Shown: piece by piece, positions 51,599 to 64,000 of the stretch
Position numbering within the stretch: the stretch's first letter is position 1
How the letters are laid out: the number at the start of each line of letters is the position of its first letter
DNA from: Malacoraja senta
Taxonomy: Eukaryota
Assembly (NCBI GenBank): GCA_038087875.1
Contig: CM075998.1
Span: 1,426,001-1,490,000, forward strand
Direction: 5' to 3'
Length of the DNA: 64,000 nt
Notes under the pieces: generated by a model
Told to the model about the DNA's origin: nothing
Database searches by the model: none
Seen by the model: only the letters and a program-made list of their open reading frames with translations
Made by a program: the position numbers and the translations under genes

Positions 51599-52642
51599 GT
51601 AAGTTAAAGTGAATGTTGATTGGTTGTGTTTAGGAAATAATTAAGAGTACGGTTGAAGGGGGATTATGAACAGTCTATTGATTAGCTCTGCTAATGTTGT
51701 GAAGAACGTAATAGATAACACATTGTGTCTTTAAAATTAAGTTTTCATGGCTATTGTGGCCAATAAAGCACTCTTGACTCTTGACTCTCTGTTGCTGTAA
51801 TTTTGTAGGTGGGCTGCTAATTACAGGGAGTGGATATTCCATTGTTTTAAAGATAATGTCAGGGATTTAAAAGTGAAGAGATTATTAACATTAATAGCTA
51901 TGGAGGATTACGTTTAGGTGCTACGTATTCTGATATTTGTGTGGGTTTAATAACTTTGGCAAAAATTGGGGGAGTTGATGGGAATGTCTGGGGAATAAAT
52001 TGCGTCAATATGGGATTAGTGTAAACTCGTGGTTGGCACAGACTTGGTGGGCTTTTCTGTGCTGTATCTGACTCTAGATCAACATAAACATATTCATTCA
52101 GCAATAGTTATGTGTGTAATGTAAATGAACTTGAGATGGTAAACACTAATGGATTCTACTATTGAATGTTTGTGTTTATTTTGTAAATTGAATTATTCAG
52201 CAAATGTAACATTAATTCCTGTGGAACCTTCTACACACTGCCACAGCGCTTTGGGGAAACTACATTATGAGCAAGGCCCAGGTTCTCTGCTATTTATTTT
52301 CCGTGGTGCAAGGATAAAAGTCAAATTCAGGAGAAAGTTGTAGATCAATAAATGGATGGTAGAGAGTACATGACACTGCTTCTACCTAAGGCAGGGTCAG
52401 TCGGATATTTCCTCTTTACTGGCCAGTCTTGTTAATGTGAGAGATGGGTGAGGATTGCATAAGTGATATCATGTGAAAAACATTTCATACTGTAGATATC
52501 ATAACCTGGTCCTGTCTCTGAAGATTACTTCAGTGGTTTATGGAGCATTCCATACAGTGAAGAAACCAATGCAATGGTGCTCCAAAATGTCGTCTACTGC
52601 AACATTTTTAATATGATCCGTTTGCTGCTCTTCATCATTTAG

Positions 52643-52804
52643 GACTGCAGGACATTTCACGGTGAATTTGTTGGCCCTTCGTGTGGACCGCATGGACCAT
52701 ACACCCCAGATGTCCTCTTCTGGTCTGTAATACTATTCTTTTCTACATTTACCCTATCAGGGTTCCTCAAACAGTTTAAAACAAGTCACTATTTCCCAAC
52801 TAAG
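52643..52804 (+). CDS. slc4a8: slc4a8 exon 16 (DCRTFHGEFVGPSCGPHGPYTPDVLFWSVILFFSTFTLSGFLKQFKTSHYFPTK)
   Basis: catttag| ... AAG|GTATGT, 162 nt. Confidence 0.97.
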
Positions 52805-53253
52805 GTATGTATAATTTCTTCATCTCATTTTCTATTAAACAAAATTATATTTGTCAAGAGTTTTACAGATTCTTATTTACCACATAAGGCTGTTTTTATT
52901 TAAACAAAAAATACCACGTAATGAATGTAGCTCTTGTGAATACAAGGACATGTATATGGTCGTGTTCCCGACTTCTAATGGAATACTTTGGTTTGGTATA
53001 GGCCATCACTAGAAAGAGAATTTTACCGAAAAAGGGTAGACCATTATTTATAATGTATTCCTTTGGATGAAATTACGTTTAGCCAAGGCTATGCTGTTAA
53101 TTATTTTTCTCCATTTGATTCTGGATACCATTTATTACATGAAGCTAGAAATGATCGTTGGCAAACTTGACTTTTATTTGAAAAATATTCTCCCATTTAT
53201 TATTCCTGATGGCCAGTAACACTGTTTTGTTCATTAATTATATTTACTGGCAG

Positions 53254-53367
53254 GTGCGATCAATGATAAGTGATTTTGCTGTTTTCCTGACCATCTTCTC
53301 CATGGTTCTTATTGATTATGTCCTGGGAATACCATCACCAAAGCTTCAAGTTCCCAGCATCTTTAAG
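53254..53367 (+). CDS. slc4a8: slc4a8 exon 17 (VRSMISDFAVFLTIFSMVLIDYVLGIPSPKLQVPSIFK)
   Basis: ggcag| ... AAG|GTAACA, 114 nt. Confidence 0.97.
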
Positions 53368-54870
53368 GTAACAAAATAAACATAATTTGGAAGACTGTTC
53401 GAGATACTCAAAGGAACAAGTAATTGGTCATTAGTTTGAGACGAGCAAAGTAAAGGCTGCAGTGCGATGGGCATGTGTAATGATAATAATGAGTACAAGG
53501 TTCTTTGTATTTCTAAGGGGTATGGATAAACAGCATGCACATTTGTAAAATAATCTTATTCTACAATAGCGTATCATGTACTGAATCTCAGAGACCAAAC
53601 AGTTTAGATTTAATTACTTAGCCGGTGGTGATAATCTGAAAGATTACCCAGAGGAATGTATTCATTCAATATATAAAATTGGAAAAGAAAGCAATGACGA
53701 GGAATGTACCTGACCACAGATTACCTGTACAAAGTTCTGCTGCTTCTGTCCAACCCTGCATTGTCCCTTCTGCCCTTCACCCCTAATGCCTGCTAACTGA
53801 TGCTTTCCCAATTAACTAATGCTTCAGTTTTAAAACACAGGCTTGAATTTAAAATCCCTTCATGATCCATGCCCTTCTTTATTTGTGTGACCCCTCCATC
53901 TTTTTTAACTGTGCACATACCCCCACCCCTCAAAAACACCTCCAATTCTGGCAACTTGTGCATCTTGAACCATTGCAACAGGTCATTTGATCTGTGCTGC
54001 TTGCCAGTGGGAGAAGATCTGAATCATAAATGACAAACCTTCCATTGTAGCTGCAAGTTTAATTGCCAAATGGAGTTTGCAACGCACTACTTCCTGGGTC
54101 TCTGGTGGCCGTCTGTAGTAATTGCAGTAGCTTTGACCAGACTGAGCAATTGTGCAGAGGGTTCTTCCAGTTGTTAGTGGGAATACAGAATTAAAATCTT
54201 CCCCGACTTTGCTATATCGGAGCTCTGACCTTTTACATGACAGATGGCTCATAGGTTGGCCCTGCCGCAGAGTCTATGGCAGACATGCTACAAAGGCGAA
54301 AGGACTCGGTGCTAGAGTAACACAGCAGGTCAGGCAGCATCTCTGCAGAACATGGATAGGTGACGTTGTGGGTCGAGACCCATCTGCAGTTCTTTGTTTC
54401 CACATGCCACAAAGGCACGTGATCTTTGTCTCATGCAGCAAAGCTGATGGGCATTCTGCAGAGATCTATATGGACAGTCGGCTGGTCCAGTTGTTGAGAA
54501 AGATCTCATTGTTGATTTGTCCCAAGTGACTCCAAGAATATGTCTGAAGCCATTCAATCTCGGTTTCTGCTTGGAGTCGAAAGGAAGGCACTGAGCACAA
54601 AAAGCTTAATATATGCAGGGTAATATTATAGCCATGGTGAGAGCCACCAAACTAGAAATGCAGTTGAATAACTTCAAAATTTGGCTGACGACAGTAGTCA
54701 ATTTGATGACATCTGCAAAGGGAAACGACAGTATTAGCATACTATATACTGTCCTCGGATATATGTTGCTAATGAGAGGGTGTAAGATTGCACTGATGCC
54801 AGTAATTTGCAAAAATATCTTTGAAATTAAAAACAAAACTCTGATCCTCGTACTGTGTGTTCATTTGCAG

Positions 54871-55032
54871 CCAACAAGAGATGATCGAGGATGGCTAATT
54901 AATCCCATCGGCCCAAATCCCTGGTGGACTGTCATTGCTGCCATTATCCCAGCTGTACTCTGTACTATTCTTATTTTCATGGACCAACAGATCACTGCTG
55001 TCATAATAAATAGGAAGGAACACAAGCTGAAA
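54871..55032 (+). CDS. slc4a8: slc4a8 exon 18 ([19 protein letters not shown]...[19 protein letters not shown])
   Basis: ttgcag| ... AAA|GTATGA, 162 nt; DQQIT motif. Confidence 0.97.
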
Positions 55033-55432
55033 GTATGAATTCTTACTAATGTTTAAGTTTTTTGTTGTAAATGATATTTACAGATAATTTAAAGTAATTG
55101 ATAGTTTAGTGTTGTGCAGATTGGATTTGTCTGCATCCATTGCAATATTAGTGTAAAGTACAATTGAAAGCTGCATTTTCATCTTTAAGTTGACTGCTTT
55201 GGTTTTAAAATTTGTGCAAGAACTTTATAATAGCAATGTTTCAGTGACATTTCATGTTCAGTGGATGCATGAGAAGACATGGAATGGATGGACAGAGACA
55301 GTATCAGGTAGATGCACAGTTTAAACTGACATGGTCAGCACAAACCTCATAGGCTGAAGGGTCTGTTCCTGTGCCGTTGTAGTCAGTTGGTCATAATTTA
55401 GATTCTAATTAATCAGTTCTTCCTTTCCATAG

Positions 55433-55684
55433 AAAGGATGCGGCTATCACCTTGACCTCCTGATAGTGGCTGTAATGTTGGGTGTGTGTTCAATCATGGG
55501 CCTGCCATGGTTTGTCGCAGCAACTGTTCTCTCCATCTCTCACGTGAACAGTCTGAAGCTGGAATCAGAATGTTCAGCTCCTGGTGAACAGCCAAAATTC
55601 CTCGGTATTCGAGAACAACGTGTCACTGGTCTGATGATCTTCGTTCTCATGGGCTGCTCAGTCTTTATGACGACTTTCTTAAAG
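55433..55684 (+). CDS. slc4a8: slc4a8 exon 19 ([10 protein letters not shown]...[41 protein letters not shown]...MTTFLK)
   Basis: ttccatag| ... AAG|GTAGGT, 252 nt. Confidence 0.97.
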
Positions 55685-57944
55685 GTAGGTCAATAGTGGA
55701 AGTATTAAGCAACTGGTTGGAGCTGTAAATTTGTTTACAATGTAGTGTGAAATACAAACCAGACTTTTAATTAGATTATAACAAATTCTGTTTAATGCTT
55801 GCAAAGAAAAATATCAGCTCAAAATCCAATTGATTTAACAAACTTAAAACTTTAGAAATAAACTGCAATGTAACTAAAGAGGTTCACAACCACATTTCTA
55901 ATTGAACAATTTTTTTTAAATTATGGGCTGTTATGTCCTAATTTCCTGGTGTTTCACAGGTGGGGTGCCATTTGTGTTGGCAGTGGGTAGGTAATGAGAG
56001 GGCAAGATGGAGCAACACTTCCAAATACGCCTAATCTCCCAGCTTTGCTTGTAATAGATTTTTATCATTTTAACATTAAATGAAATTGATAATATGTTAT
56101 GAAGCACAGATGTTTCCAACGTCTACAGATAAATAACCCTGTCTGGTGAAAGTATGTTGCAAGTATGTGATGTACAGCAAAACAGTAGTTCAATTACTCG
56201 CGGTCACAAGCCCGAGTTATTGTTCTGGAAAGATGAGTTTGAATCCCACCATGGCAGTCGGGTAATTTGAATAAATATTATCTTTTAATTTCATTATGGA
56301 ATGTATATTTGTTTAGAATTATCGTGTTCCTTATTATCAATATTTGACATTAATTATCTGTTAGCAAATCTTTAGATCTAATTTCCATTCTACATTCAGC
56401 CATCTTGCTATTTAATTGACTTTAAGTTCAAGTTGTGGTTTCTGACTGACGTGGTCCCTCCAGACTGAAAATAGAATGGGTTCATAAAGGAAGCCTTTGT
56501 GGATACACAAATGCATTCAATGGCTGCCTAAATTCTTGGGGAGCCAGCAAAGCTGACAAATCATCTCCTGAGATGCCATATGTTTCTCATTGAAATCAAA
56601 GCTAGATGAAATTATTTATTATTAAATACAGCACAGAGGGAGGCAGAAAATTGGGAGACTTGCAGCGATCTGCTGCAGCTGCTTGGGTAGATTTTGTGGG
56701 GGGAAGTTGAGTCAACCTGACCTTGAACTTCTCGGAGAGAACAGTTCTCGAAGACCATAAGCAAAAGATTTCTGATCAACCACTAGTCAGTTCAAATGCT
56801 ACCTGGTCATGATAGCAGCGTACCTTTAGATAGAAAGAAATGCCACAAACTAGTCAACTGCCCCTGGTTTGACTGAGCCTCTTCCATTCCTGTCACTATA
56901 TGGAGCTTTGTGCTCAGTCTACGACTGTATGGGTGGAAATATGTGCAACTTGTGGCATAATTAAAGGAGAGCACCTGATGCCTGGAATAATTTGAGCTTG
57001 CTAAAGTGGATTGTGCATGAAAATACCCAGTCCAATTGTGTGATCAATATAATCTTTGCCTGGAAATAATTGCTGAAATGCATTACTCTGGGTAAACCGA
57101 ATTTCCCCTGGTTAGCAACCATAAACAAAAGCTTATGTGATCCAATTTCTGGGCTTTTGCCTTTTTCAAGAATTTGTCTTTTACATTGATGCTGCAAATT
57201 GGACACATAATTTACTTGATTAAATTTAGAACTGCGATGCACTGTATCTTGTACACTATATCCTTTGAATAGGCATCATGTATGAGCCATTGAATCTACC
57301 AGCCAAAGCTTGTATGAATTTACAACTAAATGTAAACGTGGAAAACAAAGATTAGGAGGTGATAAGCAGAAATTTTATAATGAGTAAATATAATAGACAA
57401 TGCCAGTAATGGATTGAATTTTCTTTTGGTAATTTCTACCAAAGTGGAACAGTTTCTGCTTGAATGTTTATTCCAGAGTGAATTAAATATAAAGTATTCT
57501 TTTATGCTGTCATCAATCTTGTTGCTTTGATTGAGATCAAAATGTGATTTGTGTAGCAGAAGACTCGCGTTAGTAGACAAGGATCTTTTGATCTAACCAA
57601 TTCTGCAATTCAATGAATTAAAAAGTATGATGGCAAGTTCCTGCTTTTATCAATTGCAATTTCTTTGAAGTTTGATTGAACCAAACTTAAATTCCGCATA
57701 ACATGAATTCCAGAATGAATAGTTTGTTGCAAAATGTAGAGCTCAAATAAATAATGCATTTATACAGCACAAGCACATTTAATTTGGTATACTGAATGTA
57801 TTATCAAATTATTTGCTGCTGAAATAAATAAATCTAATTCCTGACTATTGGGCCATCACAATAAACTTTCATATTGAGTTTATGGAAATCTAGATCATTT
57901 GTTAATCAATCCAGGGGCTCATTAGTTGACAGCAAGAATATAAT

Positions 57945-58185
57945 AGGTAGACAAAAATGCTGGAGAAACTCAGCGGGTGAGGCAGCATCTATGGAGCGAA
58001 GGAAATAGGCGACATTTCGGGTCGAGACCTTTCTTCAGACTGATGAATATCATGAAGAATATCATGTTTAAAAAGGAACTGCAGATGCTGGAAAATCGAA
58101 GGTAGAGAAAAATGCTGGAGACTCAGTGGGTGAGCGTATCTATATAGATGCTGCCTCACCCACTGAGTTTCTCCAGCATTTCTGT
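57945..58185. mobile_element. Same short repeat family: a minus-strand copy followed by a palindromic copy centred on TCTATATAGA
   Basis: aaatgctggagaaactcagcgggtgaggcagcatct... and its reverse complement at 58146-58181. Confidence 0.75.
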
Positions 58186-59015
58186 CCAGCTATGAAGAAA
58201 ATCATGATGTTTTTAATGGATTGAACGTGTCGCCAATTTTCATTTAAATTTACTATTGTTTTACAGTTTACATTTGAATTTACTGTTGTATCTGATGTGC
58301 CTGTAAAGCTGCAGTAAGTAAGAATTTCATTGTTCCGGTTCATATCCAGTGCATAAGATGAATAAACCCTCTTGACTATTATTTACTCCCTATGTTTACT
58401 GCTAAAATCTTTGAGTTTTGTTATAGCCAGTTTAAAGCTTGATGACATTTTCATCAAAGAGAAAGTGATTTTTCTAAAAGAAAATGCCTAGAATATGACA
58501 ACCTTAAAAAGAATGATTGCTTTATGTAATAAAAAGATAAAAGATAAATGGCAGCAAAAGTTCATCTTTTGGGTTTCATCAGTATGAAAATGCCCATATA
58601 GATCCAATAACATTTATGATTTTGGCTAATTATTTCGATATTTATTATTGATTAACCGGAAGGCATTATCACACCTAACACCAAATCATAACATTATTGA
58701 ACATGGATTTGTATGAATAACTTCCCAAATGTTTACTATCTGAGCAACTGCTGAGAAGTTGTGTTTTTTGCTGGAAGTGAGGAAGTTAAAATTGGAATTC
58801 AAGATTTATTCAAACTGCTTTTTATATGCAATAATGATATGAGTAAGGTCCTGTGTTGAAAAGCTATGGCAAAGCAACTTTGTAATCATATAAGCTTGCT
58901 ATTAACCCTTTCTCTTCACTCCAGCATTTGATGTGGTGAGGGGAGGAGGTGCAAAATGACTTGAGTGACATTTGAATGTTCCATTGTGATATTTGCAATC
59001 ACTTTGTGTTTTCAG

Positions 59016-59084
59016 TTCATTCCAATGCCTGTACTTTACGGAGTCTTTCTTTACATGGGGGTTTCATCGCTGAAAGGAATTCAG
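59016..59084 (+). CDS. slc4a8: slc4a8 exon 20 ([23 protein letters not shown])
   Basis: ttttcag| ... CAG|GTGAGA, 69 nt. Confidence 0.97.
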
Positions 59085-59480
59085 GTGAGAATTATATTTG
59101 CAAAATAGACCATGTACTTTTTTACATGTACATGCTCCCACTCTCTATCTAAATTTGGGATATTCCCTATTTAGCCATTGTTTAATATTTTAATTGTGGT
59201 TTAGCCCTGTCTGTGACAATGTGTCTTACAGCTCGGTTTACACAAGCTTCCATGGTATAATGTCTTGACAAAGAGATTTTACATTTAATAAGGTTAACTA
59301 GATGATTATTCCATCTGCAATTTGGTGGTTTTAACTTGCACAATCACTATCTATTGTATAATTTAATCCTTTCTTCATCCAACGTAAAATGGCATATATT
59401 AATAATTGTGTTTTTAAATATTCCAATTAACAATCGTAGATAATGATTATTGTCAGATTACCATCAGCCTTGCCCTGTTT

Positions 59481-61617
59481 CATATAACCATATAACCATT
59501 ACAGCACGGAAACAGGCCATCTCGGCCCTTCAAGTCCGTGCCGAACATTTTTATTTTTTATTTTTTATTTTTATTTTATAAAAAAAAATAAAAAAATACT
59601 TCCCCCTAGTCCCATCTACCTGCACTCAGACCATAACCCTCCATTCCTTTCCCGTCCATATACCCATCCAATCTATTTTTAAAGGATAAAATTGAACCAG
59701 CCTCCACCACTTCCACTGGAAGCTCATTCCACACTGCTACCACTCTCTGAGTAAAGAAGTTCCCCCTAATGTTACCCCTAAACTTCTGTCCCTTAATTCT
59801 CAAGTCATGTCCCCTTGTTTGAATCTTCCCTACTCTCAAATCTTCCCTTCCCTAACCCGCTCATAATTTTATCTCAAATCTTCCCTTCCCTAACCCGCTC
59901 ATAATTTTAAAGACCTCTATCAAGTCCCCACTTTAAAGACCTCTATCAAGTCCCCTCTTAACCTTCTGCGCTCCAAAGAATAAAGACCTAACTTGTTCAA
60001 CCTTTCTCTGTAACTTAGTTGCTGAAACCCAGGCAACATTCTAGTAAATCTCCTCTGTACTCTCTCTATTTTGTTGACATCCTTCCTATAATTAGGCGAC
60101 CAAAATTGTACTCCATACTCCAGAATTGGCCTCACCAATGCCTTGTACAATTTTAACATTACATCCCAACTTCTATATTCAATGCTCTGATTTATAAAGG
60201 CCAGCACACCAAAAGCTTTCTTTACCACCCTATCTACATGAGATTCCACCTTCAGGGAACTATGCACAGTTATTCCTAGATCCCTCTGTTCAACTGCATT
60301 CCTCAATTCTCTACCATTTACCATGTACGTCCTATTTTGATTTGTCCTGCCGAGATGTAGTACCTCACATTTATCAGCATTAAACTCCATCTGCCATCTT
60401 TCAGCCCACTCTTCCAAATGGCCTAAATCTCTCTGTAGACTTTGAAAATCTACTTCATTATCCACAACACCACCTATCTTAGTATCATCTGCATACTTAC
60501 TAATCCAATTTTCCACACCATCATCCAGATCATTGATGTACATGACAAACAACAGTGGACCCAACACAGACCCCTGAGGCACCCCACTAGTCACCGGCCT
60601 CCAACCTGACAAACAGCCATCCACCATTACTCTCTGGCATCTTCCATTCAGCCACTGTTGAATCCATCTTGCTACTCCACCATTAATACCCAACAATAGA
60701 ATCTTCTTAACCAACCTTCCGTGAGGAACCTTGTCAAAGGCCTTACTGAAGTCCATATAGACAACATCCACTGCTTTACCCTCATCAATTTCCCTAGTAA
60801 CCTCTTCGAAAAATTCTAGAAGATTAGTCAAACATGACCTTCCAGGCACAAATCCATGTTGACTGTTCCTAATCAGACTCTGCTTATCCAGATGCTTATA
60901 TATATTATCTCTAAGTATCCTTTCCATTAATTTGCCCACAACTGACGTCAAACTAACAGGTCTATAATTGCTAGGTTTACTCTTAGAACCCTTTTTAAAC
61001 AACGGAACAATATGCGCAGTACGCCAATCCTCCGGCACTATTCCCGTTTCTAATGACATTTGAAATATTTCTGTCATAGCCCCTTCTATTTCTACACTAA
61101 CTTCCCTCAATGTCCTCGGGAATATCCTGTCAGGACCTGGAGACTTATCCGTTTTCATATTTTTCAAAAGTGTCCGCACCTCCTCTTCTTTGAATCTCAT
61201 AGTTTCCATTGCTACTCTGCTTGTTTCGCTTACCTCACATAATTCCATATCCTTCTCCTTGGTGAATACCGAAGAAAAGAAATTGTTCAATATCTCCCCC
61301 ATCTCTTTTGGCTCTGCAGATAGCTGTCCACTCTGACTCTCTAATGGACCAATTTTATTCCTTGTTATCCTTTTGCTATTAATATAGCCGTAGAAACCCT
61401 TTGGATTTACTTTCACCTTACTTGCCAAAGCAACCTCATATCTTCTTTTAGCTTTTCTAATTTCTTTCTTAATATTTTTACATTCTTTATACTCCTCAAG
61501 CACCTCATTTACTCCATGCTGCCTATAATTATTGTAGATCTCTCTCTTTTTCCGAACCAAGTGTCCAATTTCCCTTGAAAACCATGGCTCTTTCCAATTT
61601 TTACTATTTCCTTTCAA
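59481..61617 (-). mobile_element. 5'-truncated CR1-clade (HER1-like) LINE with an open 565-aa ORF2/RT segment and (TATGGTTA)n-type tail
   Basis: ORF 59920-61617 has KSPGPD, NYRPVSLTS, QHGF, DFSKAFDKV, GVPQGSVLGP and YADD motifs; C-terminal remainder in ORF 59606-59839. Confidence 0.95.
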
Positions 61618-62086
61618 TTTTACATTCCACTGTCATAACAGTATATCTTTTGAAGTTTGTGAATTGAGTGGTGGGGAAGTAGGAGGCATCTTGGAATGGG
61701 AGTAATCGGAGCTATGAATGTATTCATGTGCAGAAAAGTATGTTGGAAATGCCCTACTGAATTGTTCTGTTTGTGAAAGAATTTTGAAACATTGGAAACC
61801 TGAATATTTTTTTCAAGGATTTTTAATTTTTTGTTTTAAAAAGTATAATACATCCCTCGGGATGCAACCTCCAACGTGGGAGGATTTTGAGAAACATGCT
61901 GCATGTGAAGATTGTTTTAGTGATTTCTTAACTTTACATTGATGTTTCAGACCTTTTATTAAAGGTTTTTCAGATATTAAAATATAATATCTACACTATT
62001 CATTGCAAATGAGTTTTAACACTTTCATAGGCTATTGTGATCTAAATGGACAATCTTTTAATTGTACTAACACTTGCTTTTTCCAG

Positions 62087-62260
62087 TTCTTTGATCGTCT
62101 GCAACTATTTGCAATGCCAGCCAAGCACCAGCCAGATTTTATCTACCTGCGTCATGTGCCGCTGCGCAAAGTTCACCTTTTTACATTCATACAGCTCACC
62201 TGTCTAATCCTGCTCTGGGTCATCAAAGCATCACCTGCTGCTATTGTCTTTCCTATGATG
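62087..62260 (+). CDS. slc4a8: slc4a8 exon 21 ([58 protein letters not shown])
   Basis: TACTAAC branch point at 62065-62071, ttccag| ... ATG|GTAAAA, 174 nt. Confidence 0.97.
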
Positions 62261-63889
62261 GTAAAAAATTGACTTTTTAATGTATTTTGTCTACCTGATT
62301 GTTAAAGTTAATTTTCTCCTCTTCCCTTCATTTAGGTCTCTGGCATTTGTACTATCCCTTTTGTAAATGATGTGCAGGGGACTTGCTGATTGGTCCATAA
62401 CAAAGTTCTCCTACAATTTTCTATCGGGCAACATACAAAAGTGACCTTGCTAGGCTTTTGTTTTTGTTTTTTCCCCCTCTGTCTTTGCCAAACATTTAAG
62501 TGACATTTGAAGCAATGACACAAATCTGCATCTTCCCATAAGATAGGCAAAAAATGATGCAAATACTCCGCAGTTCAGGCAGTATTTGTGGGGAAAGGAA
62601 CAGAATGTTTCAGATTGATGACCATTCATCAGAACTAGGAAGAGTTATAAAACAAGAATGCTTTACACGCTAAAGAAGGAAGAGGGTTGGAAAGAATACA
62701 GGGTGGGGACCAAAAGATTGAATGACACAGATGGCATAGGTGCAAGCTGAGAAAGGGTGGTAAAAGATTGTTAATGGCAGTTGACCTGTCCGGAAGAGGT
62801 GTGAATAAAATAAGATTAAAGGGAACAGAGGAGTGAGAAACCAAAATAATATTGAAACTGCAAGATACAGAACACTGCAGTTGGATATCTGAAACAGGAA
62901 GAAGTTGGAGATACCAGCAGGCCAGGCAACATCTGTCATGATGCATCAAAACTGGCTAGTTCTAGCTCAAGTTGAAAAGGTGGGTTATCCGAGTGTTAAT
63001 TTAATAACTTGCATCAGAACTGGACAGTCTGTATCTTCCCACCCAATACTGCAGTGGATTCAAATAGTTTTTTAAAATATATTCGCATGGCATTTTATCC
63101 AAATAAAACAAGCATTAATGTAGTCACTTTTAAAATTATTTTCTAATAGACTTTTAACAATCGCTTCCTTGTGAAAACTGTTGTGGCAAGGATTTGTGAA
63201 TGTTCTTAACATCTCTTCCTCAGTTATCTAAAAGACAAAGAGCCAGCTCTGAGCCCTTCATGTTAAGCCCTTGTTTTTTGACTTCCAGCTTGTACAAAAT
63301 ACTTGAGCACCAAAGTGTTGACTGAACAACCAGAGTAATACTCAGGGAATGCTCCACCATTGAAAGTGCTTCTTTTTTTAAGCTAACATGTTCAAACAAG
63401 GCTCTGGTAAAAATTCTGGTAAAAATGATCTTGTGGCACTATTTTGAAGAAGAACAGGGGATATATCAAATATAGACACAAAAAGCTGGAGTAAATCAGC
63501 AGGGCGGGCAGCATCTCTGGAGAGAAGGAATGGGTGACGTTTTGGGAATATCCCTGTTTTTCTGGTCAATGTTTATTGCTCAATCAATGTAATTGGGGGG
63601 GGGAGATGTGGTGTGGTTGGGATTTAAAAAAAAACATACACACAGTGTTATTATTTGTGCAATGTTGCTGGGCGCAAATTGGCAATGTGGCTTTTTTTTG
63701 TATTGTAACATTGACTGCTTCAAAAATACTACTTTGCACATAAAGCACTGAGGTGTCCTAAGATCACGAAAAGCGGCATGCAAATGCAAGTAGATTCATT
63801 CTTTACAACTAGAGTGAGAAGTCATTTGAAAAAGGGAGGAGAATAACCACTTTGGAGGATGGATAATGATAAGGATCAAAATCGGTAAG

Positions 63890-64000
63890 CGCCGCAGAGA
63901 GCATCTTATCGGGACACATCGCACCATGGTTTGGGAAGAGCTCCATCCAAGACCGCAAGAAATTGCAGAGAGTTGTGGACGCAGCACAGACCATCACGCA
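63890..64000 (+). mobile_element. Rex1/Babar-type LINE fragment running off the window end
   Basis: ESILSGHIAPWFGKSSIQDRKKLQRVVDAAQTIT; same family as 10938-11500. Confidence 0.75.

Larger units (their letters stand above)
4706..62260 (+). other. slc4a8: slc4a8 gene span (NDCBE, Na+-driven Cl-/HCO3- exchanger), 3'-incomplete in this window
   Basis: Spliced exons give MPAGSQESECTLSYQ-RHDEEAVVDQGGTSSVLNIHYEKEELEG-HRTLYVGVRMP... through ...[12 protein letters not shown]. The N-terminus, [20 protein letters not shown] and HGPYTPDVLFWS match recalled SLC4A8 better than SLC4A7 or SLC4A10. All visible introns are GT-AG. Confidence 0.93.

Noticed and set aside
59920-61617. Host gene or autonomous active retrotransposon
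   Set aside because: 5'-truncated (no endonuclease domain or ORF1, no true start codon) and the C-terminus is disrupted by duplications.
4706-62260. Calling slc4a8 a pseudogene
   Set aside because: Indels are confined to short homopolymers near the gap; 15 other exons and all visible splice sites are intact and conserved.
4706-62260. Identity as SLC4A10 or SLC4A7
   Set aside because: The exon 1-2 peptide, [18 protein letters not shown] and GPYTPDVLFWS fit SLC4A8, and no paralog-specific cassette exons were seen.
1-64000. Remaining 60-140 aa ORFs in the supplied track
   Set aside because: They overlap repeats, lie antisense to exons or show no recognisable motifs; they are expected by chance in intronic DNA.

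Overview
Vertebrate genomic DNA, most likely from an elasmobranch (skate/ray/shark), judged from HE1-type V-SINEs, CR1/HER1-type LINEs and Penelope-derived repeats. The window holds the 5' ~57.5 kb of one plus-strand gene, slc4a8 (NDCBE, Na+-driven Cl-/HCO3- exchanger). It runs from a TATA/CpG-rich promoter (~4350) and first coding exon (MPAGSQESECTLSYQ, 4706-4750) to the exon ending ...AAIVFPMM (62260); the last exons lie beyond the window. Nineteen coding exons can be read by eye (numbering follows recalled human SLC4A8). A 200-N gap (28678-28877) cuts exon 3 and exons 4-5 are absent. Four 1-nt frameshifts cluster within ~6.5 kb of the gap and are probably assembly errors. Introns are full of retroelements and a few MITE-like or inverted-repeat structures. 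The most notable observation is a ~140-bp SINE-like element present twice in intron 1 (14925-15065 and 16904-17041, both antisense, 11-bp TSDs, (AAG)n tail). Its first 54 nt fold into a minimal HDV/CPEB3-like self-cleaving ribozyme, and the predicted cleavage site coincides with the element's 5' end. A second abundant short repeat carries a Penelope-type minimal hammerhead-like core. All family assignments come from recalled motifs; no database searches were run.
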